A stretch of 64,000 nt of DNA from an uncultured Clostridia bacterium (lineage in GTDB: Bacteria; Bacillota; Clostridia; TANB77; CAG-508): NCBI GenBank assembly GCA_947626875.1, contig CANQTV010000001.1, forward strand, positions 98,924 to 162,923, read 5' to 3'. A program made the translations under genes and the position numbers. Shown here one piece after another: positions 26,911 to 37,066 of the stretch; position 1 is the first letter of the stretch; each line of letters begins with the position of its first letter. Under the pieces are notes generated by a model, which had not been told where the DNA came from, made no database searches, and saw only the letters and a program-made list of their open reading frames with translations.

Positions 26911-28377
26911 TTAATTTTGATTAAAATCTTTTCCGATAACAATGGTTGCATCTACTTTACTGCTTAAATTTTTATTGTTTCCAATGCTTCCTTTTCCTAG
27001 AATTTTTTGAATATCTTTTAGCATTTCATCTTCTAATTCTTTTTTATTTGTAATGATTGTTTTTGATATTTCTGATGTCTGTCCTGTTTTAGTTACATTA
27101 TATCCATTCTGTTTTAATAGGTCAACTGCTTCTTGTAATTTAGCATTGCTTCCAGACCCATTTAATACTTCTATTGTAACATCTTCTTTTGTTTTTTGAG
27201 TGCTTGTTATATTTGTTTCATTTCCTGTTCCGTTTATTGTGTTTGTTCCTTCTTCTGTTGTTTCTAATGTTTCTGGATAGAATAGTTTTTGGATTAATGT
27301 TTCTGTCTCTGTTTCATTTGGTATAAAGAACCAAAATCTATTTTTTACACCTGTAGAAACTGGTGGTAGTTGGTCATTTACTCCTGGTAATGTATCTGTT
27401 GACATGTTTTCTGTACTGAATTCAACAGCATATGGAATATAATCCTTTAGGTAATTGAAGTCTAAGTTTGTTTCTAAGTTCTTACTTGCTATGTCTAATA
27501 TTTCTCCTATTTTAAATACATTTTCTGGTTTTAATGTTTGTTGCATAACTGCCATTATGAATTCTCTTTGTGTTCTCATTCTACCTGTATCGTTATCTCC
27601 ATATTCCATTGGATATGAACTACCATCTGTATTATGCCTAAAACGTAGTAATTGTTCTGCTTTATCTCCATCTAGCACTTGTTCTCCTGCTTTTAAGTCT
27701 ATTACTAGATTTTGTGTAGGGTCTTTATAATTCATGTCTATTGGTACATTAAATGTAACTCCATCTATTGCGTCTACTAATTCTATAAATGCTTCTGTTT
27801 TTACAACTGCATAATATTGAATGTCTAATCCTGTTATATTATTAACTGCTTCTAATATTTTGTCTATACTTGTGCTATATAAGCTGTTAATTTTGTCTGA
27901 TGGTGTTGCTTTATTTTTATTGCTTCCAACAAAAGTATCTCTTGGGATAGATAATAATGTTGCTTTTTGCGTATTAGGATTATATGATGCAACCATAATT
28001 GTGTCTGTTGGTGCTGAATCTCCTAAGTCTGTACTAACGCCTAGTAATAATACTTTAAATTCTGGTAGATTCTTTTTTGTATTTTCATCATGTCCTACTA
28101 CTGTTGCTAGCATTCCTGATAGTCCTCCACCATTTTTGTGTGTTTTATATGCAAACCATATACCATACGCAATTGCTGCAATTAAAATAATTAATAATAC
28201 CTTTTTCCACGTTTTCATTTTTCTTTTTTGACTTTTATTTTGGTTTTGATCTATTTTTTTCTTTTGATTTTGATTCATTTTTGGCTTTTGTTTTATATTT
28301 TTATTTACTTTTTCACTTTTTTCTATTTCATTTTCATTTATATTTTTGCTTTTTTCTACATTGTTTTTCTCTTTCAC
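26911..28377 (-). CDS. LytR-CpsA-Psr (LCP) family protein with LytR_C domain
   Basis: TDTIMVASYNP...LLSIPRDT core; C-terminal VTIEVLNGSG...NGYNV. Confidence 0.8.
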   Translation of the reverse strand: MKEKNNVEKSKNINENEIEKSEKVNKNIKQKPKMNQNQKKKIDQNQNKSQKRKMKTWKKVLLIILIAAIAYGIWFAYKTHKNGGGLSGMLATVVGHDENTKKNLPEFKVLLLGVSTDLGDSAPTDTIMVASYNPNTQKATLLSIPRDTFVGSNKNKATPSDKINSLYSTSIDKILEAVNNITGLDIQYYAVVKTEAFIELVDAIDGVTFNVPIDMNYKDPTQNLVIDLKAGEQVLDGDKAEQLLRFRHNTDGSSYPMEYGDNDTGRMRTQREFIMAVMQQTLKPENVFKIGEILDIASKNLETNLDFNYLKDYIPYAVEFSTENMSTDTLPGVNDQLPPVSTGVKNRFWFFIPNETETETLIQKLFYPETLETTEEGTNTINGTGNETNITSTQKTKEDVTIEVLNGSGSNAKLQEAVDLLKQNGYNVTKTGQTSEISKTIITNKKELEDEMLKDIQKILGKGSIGNNKNLSSKVDATIVIGKDFNQN

Positions 28378-28448
28378 TTTTTTCCTCCTAAGCTTGATGT
28401 GTCTAGTATATCAAATTTGTTTTCAAAAAGCAACAAATTTTTACATAT

Positions 28449-29036
28449 TTATTGTACTAATAAGTGAATGATGTTGTGCTTGTACATTTCTTTTGCTATA
28501 AATGATTTTTCAATTTCTTTTGTTGCAACATTTTCTGGGTTTACTTGTCCTACAAAATTGATGATTAATAATGCAATATAAATAATTGCAATTCCTCTAA
28601 TTGCTCCAAATATAATTCCTCCTGCTTCATTGAATTGTTCTAATACTGGTAATTTTGATACTAAATTTGCAAGAGCTGTTATAAATCTTAATACAATTTT
28701 AATAGCAAGATATAGTATAAGCATTACCCCTGTTCTAATAATGTTTACAGATAGTTCTCTTGCTGCTGTTGGTAGCATTTCGTTTTGAATTTCATTCTCA
28801 AGTTCCGTCTGCGTATTTTCTGTTTTTGAAAAGTTACCTATAATTGTTTGTTCAATAGATTCATCTAAATTTGTTGCGTTAATAACAAGATTTGTAATTG
28901 GCCTATATAGTATAAGTGTTGCTACAACTGCAATGACCACTGCACATAGTTTTATTCCTAATTCAATCAATCCTTTTTTGTATCCTAAAAATATTGATAA
29001 TGCTAAAATAGCTATTACTATGATATCTACTACCAT
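28449..29036 (-). CDS. CvpA-family membrane protein
   Basis: MVVDIIVIAILALSIFLGYKKGLI N-terminus and four TM segments, typical of CvpA. Confidence 0.65.
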   Translation of the reverse strand: MVVDIIVIAILALSIFLGYKKGLIELGIKLCAVVIAVVATLILYRPITNLVINATNLDESIEQTIIGNFSKTENTQTELENEIQNEMLPTAARELSVNIIRTGVMLILYLAIKIVLRFITALANLVSKLPVLEQFNEAGGIIFGAIRGIAIIYIALLIINFVGQVNPENVATKEIEKSFIAKEMYKHNIIHLLVQ

Positions 29037-29045
29037 AACTACCTC

Positions 29046-30230
29046 CTATAAATTTACAATTTCTATTTTATCTCTGTAAATAATTCCTGCTACATTTCCT
29101 GATAATACGATATTTGTTATTTCTTGTTCTGCTTTATATCTTTTTACTAGCCATCCGCCTGTATTGATAAATTCAATTTCTGTTCCTAAATTAAGTGCTA
29201 TTATATTTCCTGATGTATATAATTCTTTTGTAACTGAATTTACTGTATAATTTATAAGATTTTTATTTTCTGTGTTGATCATTGTTACTTTTGTATCTGC
29301 TGTAAATAAATTGGCTGCTACTTCTTCTAATGCCACAATATTGTCATTTAATTCAATTGCTTGAAATACAGTTTTTGTATTTTTATTATTATATAGTTCA
29401 TCTTTATTTCCTTCTAATGAAAATGCAATTATTTTGTCTTTTGACATGCATATTAGCTTGTCTTTGTTTTGATATTGTATATTTGTTATTAGTTCATTGT
29501 CTTCGATTGGATATGTTGCTATTTTTGAATCATTGTTAACATCTACTTGAGCCTTTTCTATTGAAAATACTTCTATTTTTGATTCTATTACAACTCCTGA
29601 GGTGTCTACTTCTGCTAATGCTAAATATTTATTGTCATCTGAAATAGAAATATCTGATACTCTAGTAGTTGATAAAAATATTTTGAATATTGATTCTCCT
29701 TTATCATTGTAAACTGTTATTATTGTTTTAGTTGTTGCATCCACTATTGCAACTGCTGTATATCCATTTTGACTTGTATAGATTTGTGATATATTTCCTT
29801 CTACTGAATCTTCCCAAATGATAGATTGGTTTTGTATAAAATAAATTTTTTGTCCATTTTCTTCTGCTATGGCTAAATTTCTTCCATTTGTATGGAATAA
29901 TGGGTTAGATATTTCTAATGATAAGCTTGCTTCTTGTTTTGCTGTGCTTCCATATATTTTAAATTCATTTTTGCTTAATACACCTATGTATTGATTAAAT
30001 GCAAATACTTCTGGATTTTCATCTTCTACAAGTTCAATCGATACTAATTTATCTTGATTTACTTCTTTTTGTAAAATTTTGGTGTCTGCCCATTCTCTAA
30101 ATTCTTCATTTTTAGTATATGTTATTCCAAGACTAATAATCGCACTTATGATTATGATTGTTATGATGATAATGCCTATTCTTTTTTTATTTATTTTCTT
30201 GGTTTCTGGTTCTTTCCAATAATCCTTCAT
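29046..30230 (-). CDS. Membrane-anchored hypothetical protein (DUF5711-like?)
   Basis: 394 aa with a single N-terminal TM helix and a repetitive beta-rich ectodomain. Confidence 0.45.
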   Translation of the reverse strand: MKDYWKEPETKKINKKRIGIIIITIIIISAIISLGITYTKNEEFREWADTKILQKEVNQDKLVSIELVEDENPEVFAFNQYIGVLSKNEFKIYGSTAKQEASLSLEISNPLFHTNGRNLAIAEENGQKIYFIQNQSIIWEDSVEGNISQIYTSQNGYTAVAIVDATTKTIITVYNDKGESIFKIFLSTTRVSDISISDDNKYLALAEVDTSGVVIESKIEVFSIEKAQVDVNNDSKIATYPIEDNELITNIQYQNKDKLICMSKDKIIAFSLEGNKDELYNNKNTKTVFQAIELNDNIVALEEVAANLFTADTKVTMINTENKNLINYTVNSVTKELYTSGNIIALNLGTEIEFINTGGWLVKRYKAEQEITNIVLSGNVAGIIYRDKIEIVNL

Positions 30231-30266
30231 TTGTTTTTCCTTTCTTCATTTGCTGTTTTTATTCTA

Positions 30267-31322
30267 CTATATATTTTTTGTTTTTTCAACTGTTTTCATT
30301 GTAAATATTTTTAGAATTTGTACTAATCCAAGATATCCAAATATTGGATATAGTAGTTCAATTAATCTTGCAAATCCGATTGTCGAAATTGGAATTGAAA
30401 TGATGCATATTGCAATAAAAATTTTCATTTTTGTCGTTTGCTTTGTTTCTATATTTTGCAATAATCCTGCGCCTAATGATATTGCTGTTGTTAAAATTGA
30501 TGCTAATATTACAACTCCATATATCATTTTTAGATATGGAAATCTTGTTGTAATTGCATATGTTATTGGCATTTCTAATAATTGAATGTCTACATCAATT
30601 TTTATCATTGCACTATAAATGCAAATTGCTAATATGCTTGTTATAATACTTACTCTTATTGAGATTTTTGCTATTTGTTTTTGTTTAATTATTTTATTGA
30701 GTGAAATCAATACTGGTATTAGCAAAATCATATTATAACTGGTGTATAGGACACTGCTGATTAGCCAATTTGTATGTTGTATTTGTATTACATAATATTG
30801 GAGATTAGTAATATCTATCTCTTTTAAACTCATTATTCCTATTATTATGATAAATATCATTAATATAGGGACAATTCCTTCACTTACTTTTACCATTCCT
30901 TTTATTTCTTTTGATAGAATAATAATACATAATATTGCTAATATGCTACTTCCTATTGTTTGTGGAATGTGAATATTTTCTGCTAAATATGTTCCAAATC
31001 CTGCTATCATGATAAAAAATGTTACTAATATAAATAAGTTTATTATGATATTGAATATCTGAATTATGCTTTTTTTGATTTTACTATCTGTTCCGATTAT
31101 TGTTTCTAAAAATTGTTTGTAGCTTTGAATGTCATTTTTTATAATAATATAAAATACTTTGTAAATAGCAATTCCAAATAATATGCTTGATATAAATATT
31201 CCTATAATACCTTTTAAACCATATGAAAAAAAGAACAAGTAAATTTCTTGCCCTGATGCAAATCCTGCTCCAATTAATGCTCCTATAAGAACAAATGTGA
31301 TTTTATTAATTTCTTTTAACAT
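30267..31322 (-). CDS. YkvI-family membrane transporter-like protein
   Basis: GALIGAGFASGQEIYLFF N-terminal signature; ~10 TM segments. Confidence 0.6.
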   Translation of the reverse strand: MLKEINKITFVLIGALIGAGFASGQEIYLFFFSYGLKGIIGIFISSILFGIAIYKVFYIIIKNDIQSYKQFLETIIGTDSKIKKSIIQIFNIIINLFILVTFFIMIAGFGTYLAENIHIPQTIGSSILAILCIIILSKEIKGMVKVSEGIVPILMIFIIIIGIMSLKEIDITNLQYYVIQIQHTNWLISSVLYTSYNMILLIPVLISLNKIIKQKQIAKISIRVSIITSILAICIYSAMIKIDVDIQLLEMPITYAITTRFPYLKMIYGVVILASILTTAISLGAGLLQNIETKQTTKMKIFIAICIISIPISTIGFARLIELLYPIFGYLGLVQILKIFTMKTVEKTKNI

Positions 31323-31367
31323 AAAAAAGACCCCATTTTATTATATGAGGTCTTTTTCTGCATATGC

Positions 31368-32894
31368 CTATTTTCTCCTTCTTCTTATAATCCATACAAT
31401 TATACCTGCTATCATGATAACGATTGGTACAGTAAATATAATTATTAGAATTACTGTGTTTTCAGCTTCTGTTGCTTGATAAGTTACTACCCCTGTATTT
31501 TTCCTTGCAGTAATATCTTCTTCCCTGTTTGATAGATATGCAATAGAATTTAAGGCTAAATCTTTATTTTGTCTATAATTGATGACTGGAACTGCTGATG
31601 ATTGACTTAGTGGTACATCTGATATGAAATATGATTCTCCATATATAACTAATTTTGATGTTTTTGCTGATTCACCTGTTTCTTCATTTGCCTCTGAAAG
31701 TGTTTTTGTCATCATTTGTCCTACTGTGAAACTTCCTGTTTCGTCGTCTCCTTCTTGTGGTTCATCTGCTTGAAGGCTAAAGTTTTTTCTAAAATATGCT
31801 TCTTCACTTGTTGTTAATAAATCTGTTTGTTCTACTTTTAATTCTGTTAGCTTTTCTTCTTCCATTGTATTGATTTTTGTTGCATCTATGAAAGTTACTC
31901 CTCCTGTGCTTTGGATTTTTTGTGTTACATCTGTGCTTTGTGCATCTGGTAGAATTAAATCTGGTGAATCCGCTAACATTTTTGTTGTATCTGTTTCTCT
32001 TATAATTCCTGCTGTAAATGGATTAATTCCATACATTGCTAATATTTTATTAATATTTGGCATTTCTGTATTTTGTGCTATTGCTGATTGAAACCATAAA
32101 ATGTTTCCTCCTTTGTTGATATATTCTATAATAGCATTTGTTGCTAGTTCATCTATATCTTTTGATGGTGCTATTATAACCAGTGTACTACAATCATCTG
32201 GCACTTTCCCTGTTGTTAAAATATCAACATTTTCTACTTCATTTACTTCGTTTTGTAGATATATGTTTAAAAATTGTAGCCCATTTTCTAGTGATATATT
32301 TGAATATCCTGATAAGAAATATATTTTTGGTATTTTTTCAGTTGTAACTGAGGCAATAGCTGCAGTTAGTTTTTCTTCCGCTATATCTATTGTTTCATAT
32401 GTCGAAGTATCATATGTTACTAAGTCTTCTGACGTTAGCACTTTATATCTTTCTCCACACTCTACAATAATTCCTTCTGTTCCTGATTCAATACCATACT
32501 TTTGTACTAAATCTGGTCTGTCATTTGCTTTTACAACTTCTGTTGTAATCCTTTCATTGACTTTTTTGTATTGTTTTGCTAAATCGATTGTTGTGTCATC
32601 TTCTGAATATTCTATAAAATATATTTTTACGTCTTTTTCAATATCCTTTACTTTTTCTTTACTTTCATCTGTTAGTGTAAATAATTTTTCTTGGCTTAAG
32701 TCGATTGGCGTTAGTTCTAATGATTGCATAACAAGATTAATAGCAATAAATACAGCAACGATAGCTGCTATTAGTATGATTGTTTTAGTTCCATCTATAA
32801 GCCATCTTTTTTTGATGATTTCAATAAATTTATTTGATTTTTTTTCTTTTGCTTTTACTTTTACCAATTTGTTATTTTCGTTTCCTTCTTTCAA
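31368..32894 (-). CDS. GldG-like ABC-transporter auxiliary protein
   Basis: 508 aa with N- and C-terminal TM anchors. Sits downstream of an ABC-2 permease/ATPase pair, which is the typical GldA/F/G arrangement. Confidence 0.6.
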   Translation of the reverse strand: MKEGNENNKLVKVKAKEKKSNKFIEIIKKRWLIDGTKTIILIAAIVAVFIAINLVMQSLELTPIDLSQEKLFTLTDESKEKVKDIEKDVKIYFIEYSEDDTTIDLAKQYKKVNERITTEVVKANDRPDLVQKYGIESGTEGIIVECGERYKVLTSEDLVTYDTSTYETIDIAEEKLTAAIASVTTEKIPKIYFLSGYSNISLENGLQFLNIYLQNEVNEVENVDILTTGKVPDDCSTLVIIAPSKDIDELATNAIIEYINKGGNILWFQSAIAQNTEMPNINKILAMYGINPFTAGIIRETDTTKMLADSPDLILPDAQSTDVTQKIQSTGGVTFIDATKINTMEEEKLTELKVEQTDLLTTSEEAYFRKNFSLQADEPQEGDDETGSFTVGQMMTKTLSEANEETGESAKTSKLVIYGESYFISDVPLSQSSAVPVINYRQNKDLALNSIAYLSNREEDITARKNTGVVTYQATEAENTVILIIIFTVPIVIMIAGIIVWIIRRRRK

Positions 32895-32906
32895 CTTTCT
32901 CCCCCC

Positions 32907-33599
32907 TTATTTTACACTTTTTCTTCTTTGCATTAATGTAATTGTTAAGATGATACAAGTAATTGTAAAGGTGATAAATGTAACTGTATCTGCAATATCA
33001 ATTTGTCCTTGTGTATATCCATAGAACATATTTATAAATGACATTCCATTTAAGTTTGGATTAAAATCTGGTAATACCCATGTAATAATGAAAAATCCTA
33101 TGGAAATAACTCCGGCTATAATTTGATTTTCTGTTATGCTTGATGCAAATATTCCAAAAGATATATATACCATGCAAAATAGTATAAATCCTAGCATTGT
33201 ACAAATTGTTGTTTTAATATCTGGCATACCATAATGACATATTATTGCAAAATACATAAATGTACATATTTCCGTAATTAGTATGATGCTTAATGCTGCA
33301 ATGAATTTTCCTATTACTACTTTTGTGATGCTAAGTGGTGATGTTAATAATAATTGTTCTGTTCCTGTTTTTCTTTCTTCTGCAAATGATCTCATTGTAA
33401 GTAATGGTATAACAAAAGCTAATGCTAATATACTTGGTAATGTGCAATATATGTTTTCAAATTTGACGTTTCCACTGCTTATTACTGTAAAATAAAATGC
33501 TACACTAAATGCAATTAAAAATACACCGATGAATATATAACCAATTGGTGTTGCAAAATATGATTTGAATTCTTTTTTAATTATTGCCCACATCGTCAT
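32907..33599 (-). CDS. ABC-2 type permease
   Basis: 230 aa, 6 TM; overlaps the ATPase gene. Confidence 0.7.
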   Translation of the reverse strand: MTMWAIIKKEFKSYFATPIGYIFIGVFLIAFSVAFYFTVISSGNVKFENIYCTLPSILALAFVIPLLTMRSFAEERKTGTEQLLLTSPLSITKVVIGKFIAALSIILITEICTFMYFAIICHYGMPDIKTTICTMLGFILFCMVYISFGIFASSITENQIIAGVISIGFFIITWVLPDFNPNLNGMSFINMFYGYTQGQIDIADTVTFITFTITCIILTITLMQRRKSVK

Positions 33600-34587
33600 T
33601 ACCCCCTTCTATTAGTTTCATGAATGCATCTTCAAGTGTTGTGTCTGGTTTTTTCATCTCAAATATGGTTATATTTTCTTTTGCAAATTCTTGGAATATA
33701 ATTTTTCGTAAATCAGTTTGTTCATCTGATTCAATCATATATTGTTTTGTTTTGTCTTCATTTTCCTTTACTAGTTCGATTTTTGTTATTTCCTTAATAT
33801 TGTTAGCAACTGTATTTATTTTATTGTCGATGTCTTCTATAGTTACATATACACAATTCTTTCTAGATACTTTGTTTTCTAGATTTTCTGGTGTATCTAT
33901 TGCTACAATTTTTCCCTTATTTATGATAATTACTCTTTCACAGATTTGGCTTACTTCTGATAGTATGTGTGAACTTAAAATAATCGTGTGTGTTTTTCCT
34001 AACTCTTTTATAAGACTTCTAATTTCTGTAATTTGTTTTGGGTCTAGTCCAACTGTTGGTTCATCTAAAATAAGAACTTTAGGTTCTCCTACTAAAGCTC
34101 CTGCCATACTTACTCTTTGTTTGTATCCTCTTGATAGGTTTTTAATAAGCTTTCTTTCTACATCTTTTAGCCCTGTTTGTTCTATAATTTTTTCAACTTT
34201 TCCTTTTCTTTCTCTTTTGTCTACTTTCTTTATTTCTGCCATAAAAGTAACAAATTCTTTTACTGTCATATCTGTGTATAATGGTACTCCTTCTGGCATG
34301 TATCCTATTTCTTTTTTGGCTTTCTTTGGTTTTTTAGATATGTCATATCCATCTACAATAATAGTACCTTCTGTTGGCTCAATAAATCCTGTTATCATGT
34401 TCATTGTTGTACTTTTTCCTGCACCATTTGGTCCTAACAATCCTATAATTTCCCCGTCGTTGATTTCAAAGCTAATGTTATCTACGGCTGTGAATTTTCC
34501 GTATTTTTTTGTTACATTTTTGATTTCTATCACGGTTTGTCCCTCCTCCTTTTTGGTTTTCTCTTTTTCGGATTTCCCTAGTATCAT
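33577..34587 (-). CDS. ABC transporter ATP-binding protein
   Basis: Walker A GPNGAGKST, signature LSRGYKQR, Walker B LILDEPT. Start chosen at the Met behind AGGTGG. Confidence 0.85.
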   Translation of the reverse strand: MILGKSEKEKTKKEEGQTVIEIKNVTKKYGKFTAVDNISFEINDGEIIGLLGPNGAGKSTTMNMITGFIEPTEGTIIVDGYDISKKPKKAKKEIGYMPEGVPLYTDMTVKEFVTFMAEIKKVDKRERKGKVEKIIEQTGLKDVERKLIKNLSRGYKQRVSMAGALVGEPKVLILDEPTVGLDPKQITEIRSLIKELGKTHTIILSSHILSEVSQICERVIIINKGKIVAIDTPENLENKVSRKNCVYVTIEDIDNKINTVANNIKEITKIELVKENEDKTKQYMIESDEQTDLRKIIFQEFAKENITIFEMKKPDTTLEDAFMKLIEGGNDDVGNN

Positions 34588-34727
34588 ACCACCTTTGCTT
34601 TGAATTGTAAAGTTTTTCACAAACTTTTCACATTTATCTTTTGAAATCTTTTGCATATTCATTCTTTTAAATTGCATATTAGAGGCTTTTCTCTCATAAT
34701 AATTAATATCTTGTGAGGTTGATTTAT

Positions 34728-35339
34728 ATGAATTTTATATATACATTTTTTCTTGCTTTTATTTTAATTTTTGTTTCTGAACTTGGTGACAAAACTCAAT
34801 TGATTGTTTTGTCTTTTTCTAATAAATTAAAGGCTTCTCGTATTTTATTAGGTGTTGCAATTGGCACTTTGCTTAGTCATGGTGTTGCAATTCTTTTTGG
34901 AAGTCAGCTTGGTTTGGTTAATGAACAGTTTCATTTTTATCTGTCTATTTTAACATATATTTCTTTTATTTTTTTTGGTGTTTTTGGCTTTTTGCATAAT
35001 CAGCCTGATAATTCTGATTTGTCTGTTCCTGATAATAAAATGAAGTCTAAGTTTTTGAATTCTAAATTACATTATGTATTTTTGATTGCTACTAGTATTC
35101 TTGTTGGAGAATTAGGTGATAAGACTTTTTTGGCTTCATTAGGGCTTGGTGTCCAATATCCATATTATAAATTTTCTTTAGTTCTTGGTTCTGTTTCTGG
35201 TATGGTTGCTAGTAATAGTATTGCAATTTTGTTTGGTAGATTTTTGGAGGATAAGTTAAATCCTACTTTTATTAAAGTTTTGTCAAATTTGTTGTTTATT
35301 GTGTTTGGAGTTGTTGGATTTTTGAAAATTTTATTTTGA
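34728..35339 (+). CDS. UPF0016/GDT1 (TMEM165) family cation transporter
   Basis: Two E-x-G-D-K-(T/S) repeats: ELGDKTQ and ELGDKTF. Confidence 0.8.
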   Translation: MNFIYTFFLAFILIFVSELGDKTQLIVLSFSNKLKASRILLGVAIGTLLSHGVAILFGSQLGLVNEQFHFYLSILTYISFIFFGVFGFLHNQPDNSDLSVPDNKMKSKFLNSKLHYVFLIATSILVGELGDKTFLASLGLGVQYPYYKFSLVLGSVSGMVASNSIAILFGRFLEDKLNPTFIKVLSNLLFIVFGVVGFLKILF

Positions 35340-35413
35340 TTTTATGAATTTTTGATTGGTTTTGGTTGACATCTGTGTTTTTTTGTGTTATGATAGTTAT
35401 TGTTCATGGTTAT

Positions 35414-35452
<39 letters not shown>

Positions 35453-35513
35453 TATTGTGGTCGGTCTTTCAAGACTGCTGGTATATCTGGGTTACAGGTT
35501 TTGCTTTGATTTT

Positions 35514-35535
35514 CTCTAACAAAAACTCTAACAAA
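35514..35535 (+). repeat. Tandem CTCTAACAAA x2, putative arm-type site (island 2, int-proximal)
   Basis: ctctaacaaaaactctaacaaa; the same doublet occurs at 42695-42716. Confidence 0.5.
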
Positions 35536-35556
35536 TTTCTTGTTAGTTTTTAAAAC

Positions 35557-35633
35557 GGGTCAATAGCTCAGGTGGATAGAGCACAAGCCTTCTAAGCTTG
35601 GTGTCGGGGGTTCGAGTCCCTCTTGGCTCACCA
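35557..35633 (+). tRNA. tRNA-Arg(TCT), intact, element-borne copy
   Basis: 77 nt: gggtcaatagctcaggtggatagagcacaagccttctaagcttggtgtcgggggttcgagtccctcttggctcacca. Cloverleaf stems pair. It differs from the split host gene at several positions. Confidence 0.9.
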
Positions 35634-35688
35634 TTCAAAAAAAATTCTAACAAGATTTAACGACCTATAAACCCCACTTAAGTTACTT

Positions 35689-35724
35689 GGAATATTCATA
35701 TTGCAGTATGAATATTCTTTTTTT
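35689..35724. terminator. Hairpin + T7 terminator
   Basis: ggaatattcata-ttgcag-tatgaatattc followed by ttttttt. Confidence 0.7.
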
Positions 35725-36418
35725 ATAATAAATTTTCAAATATTTTTTCTACAACATTAGCAGTTGCAACTTGTTTCTTATAGTCGCTTCTAGTATATCT
35801 ATTAGTAGAACTAATACTTTCATGTCCTAACCAATCTTGTAAATCTCTAATATCTACTCCTTGTAAATGTAATAAAGTAGCATTACTATGTCTTAAACCA
35901 TGAGGTGTTATCTTCTTCAAATTGTATCGTTTAATAATTTTTTCTAATCTCTTCGTAAAATAATTTGGTTGCATTATATCACCATTATCGTGAACAAATA
36001 TATATCCATCATATTTATAATTGTATGAATTACCAAAGATTTTTTTACATTCTTCGATTCTTTCTAATTTTTTAATAATCATTGTTTTTATTTCAGGCAA
36101 TAATGGAAAACTTCTATATCCCTTTTTAGATTTTGTTTTATCTTTAAAATATACTTTTTCTTTATTTTTCTTTCCATCAGTTTGTATTGCTACATGATTT
36201 ATAATAAAGTTATTATTCTCGAAATCAAATACTTGCTTTCTTAATCCTATTATTTCACTTCGCCTTAATCCATAATAAGCATCAATATATGTAGGTAATT
36301 CTATTGGATCTTCTTTTAATATTTCAAATAGTTTCATAATATCTGCCTTATTGTAAGTATCTACCTCTACTACCTCCTCAACAATAGGCTCAATTAAATC
36401 TGTTGGATTATATCTCAC
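35723..36418 (-). pseudogene. N-terminally truncated tyrosine integrase (catalytic domain only)
   Basis: 231 aa with YYGLRRSEIIGL (R), HGLRHSNATL (HxxR) and LGHESISSTNRYTRS (H, Y). It lacks the ~150 aa N-terminal/core-binding region present in the 391-aa island 1 integrase. GTG start, with an in-frame stop 6 codons upstream. Confidence 0.75.
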
Positions 36419-36637
36419 TAATTTTTTTCTTCTTTACTTCTTATAATTTCTTTTATTGATAATTCTTCCAATATCTCACCCCCAAATAAAAGACAGATAA
36501 TTTCAAGAATCATCTGTCCTACTTATTTTTATTTAATTAATAATTACAATTATAAGTAATTCTTAAGATTAGATATAATATTAGAATATAAGTTGCTATT
36601 CAAACTTTTTTTGCATTTTCTTAAATAAAAAATCATT

Positions 36638-37066
36638 TTATCTATCAATATCTAGCTCTTTTGAAACGGCTCTCTTTTTTTCATTTATTATACTTTTTCT
36701 TTGATATTCTTGCATAATTGTTTTTGCTTTCTTTTCAATTTCTTTAGTCATTATTATTGAACATTTCATAGCATCTATATCTCCAGGACCATATTCTTCA
36801 ATTCTACAAAAATAAATATTTTCTGTCTTTGTTTTAAACATCTTCAATAACTTAAAATATGTCTCATCACCAAAACTTTCATCTATTACTGGAGTTTCAC
36901 AATCATTACAGCCTAAAGTTTCCATTAACAAGTCATAATTTGGAATAGAAAATCCTAAATTTATTTCGTTTTCTTTATTTGTAGTTAAAAATTGCATTTG
37001 CTGTTTTTCTATTATATTTTGTATCTCTTCTTTTATTCCTTTATTTAAAATTTCCATAAAATTCAT
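36638..37066 (-). CDS. Hypothetical protein (last gene of the island 2 operon)
   Basis: 142 aa from MNFMEIL behind GAGGAG; overlaps the end of the upstream gene; no motif recognised. Confidence 0.5.
   Translation of the reverse strand: MNFMEILNKGIKEEIQNIIEKQQMQFLTTNKENEINLGFSIPNYDLLMETLGCNDCETPVIDESFGDETYFKLLKMFKTKTENIYFCRIEEYGPGDIDAMKCSIIMTKEIEKKAKTIMQEYQRKSIINEKKRAVSKELDIDR

Noticed and set aside
32101-34603. Long plus-strand ORFs (307 aa at 32101..33024 and 339 aa at 33584..34603; likewise 48795..49418, 12031..12534 and 10637..11062).
   Set aside because: They lie antisense to well-supported minus-strand genes (GldG-like, ABC ATPase, CcdA, HsdR). Their low-complexity S/F/I/L-rich composition is typical of shadow ORFs in AT-rich DNA. 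They have no RBS and no recognisable motifs.
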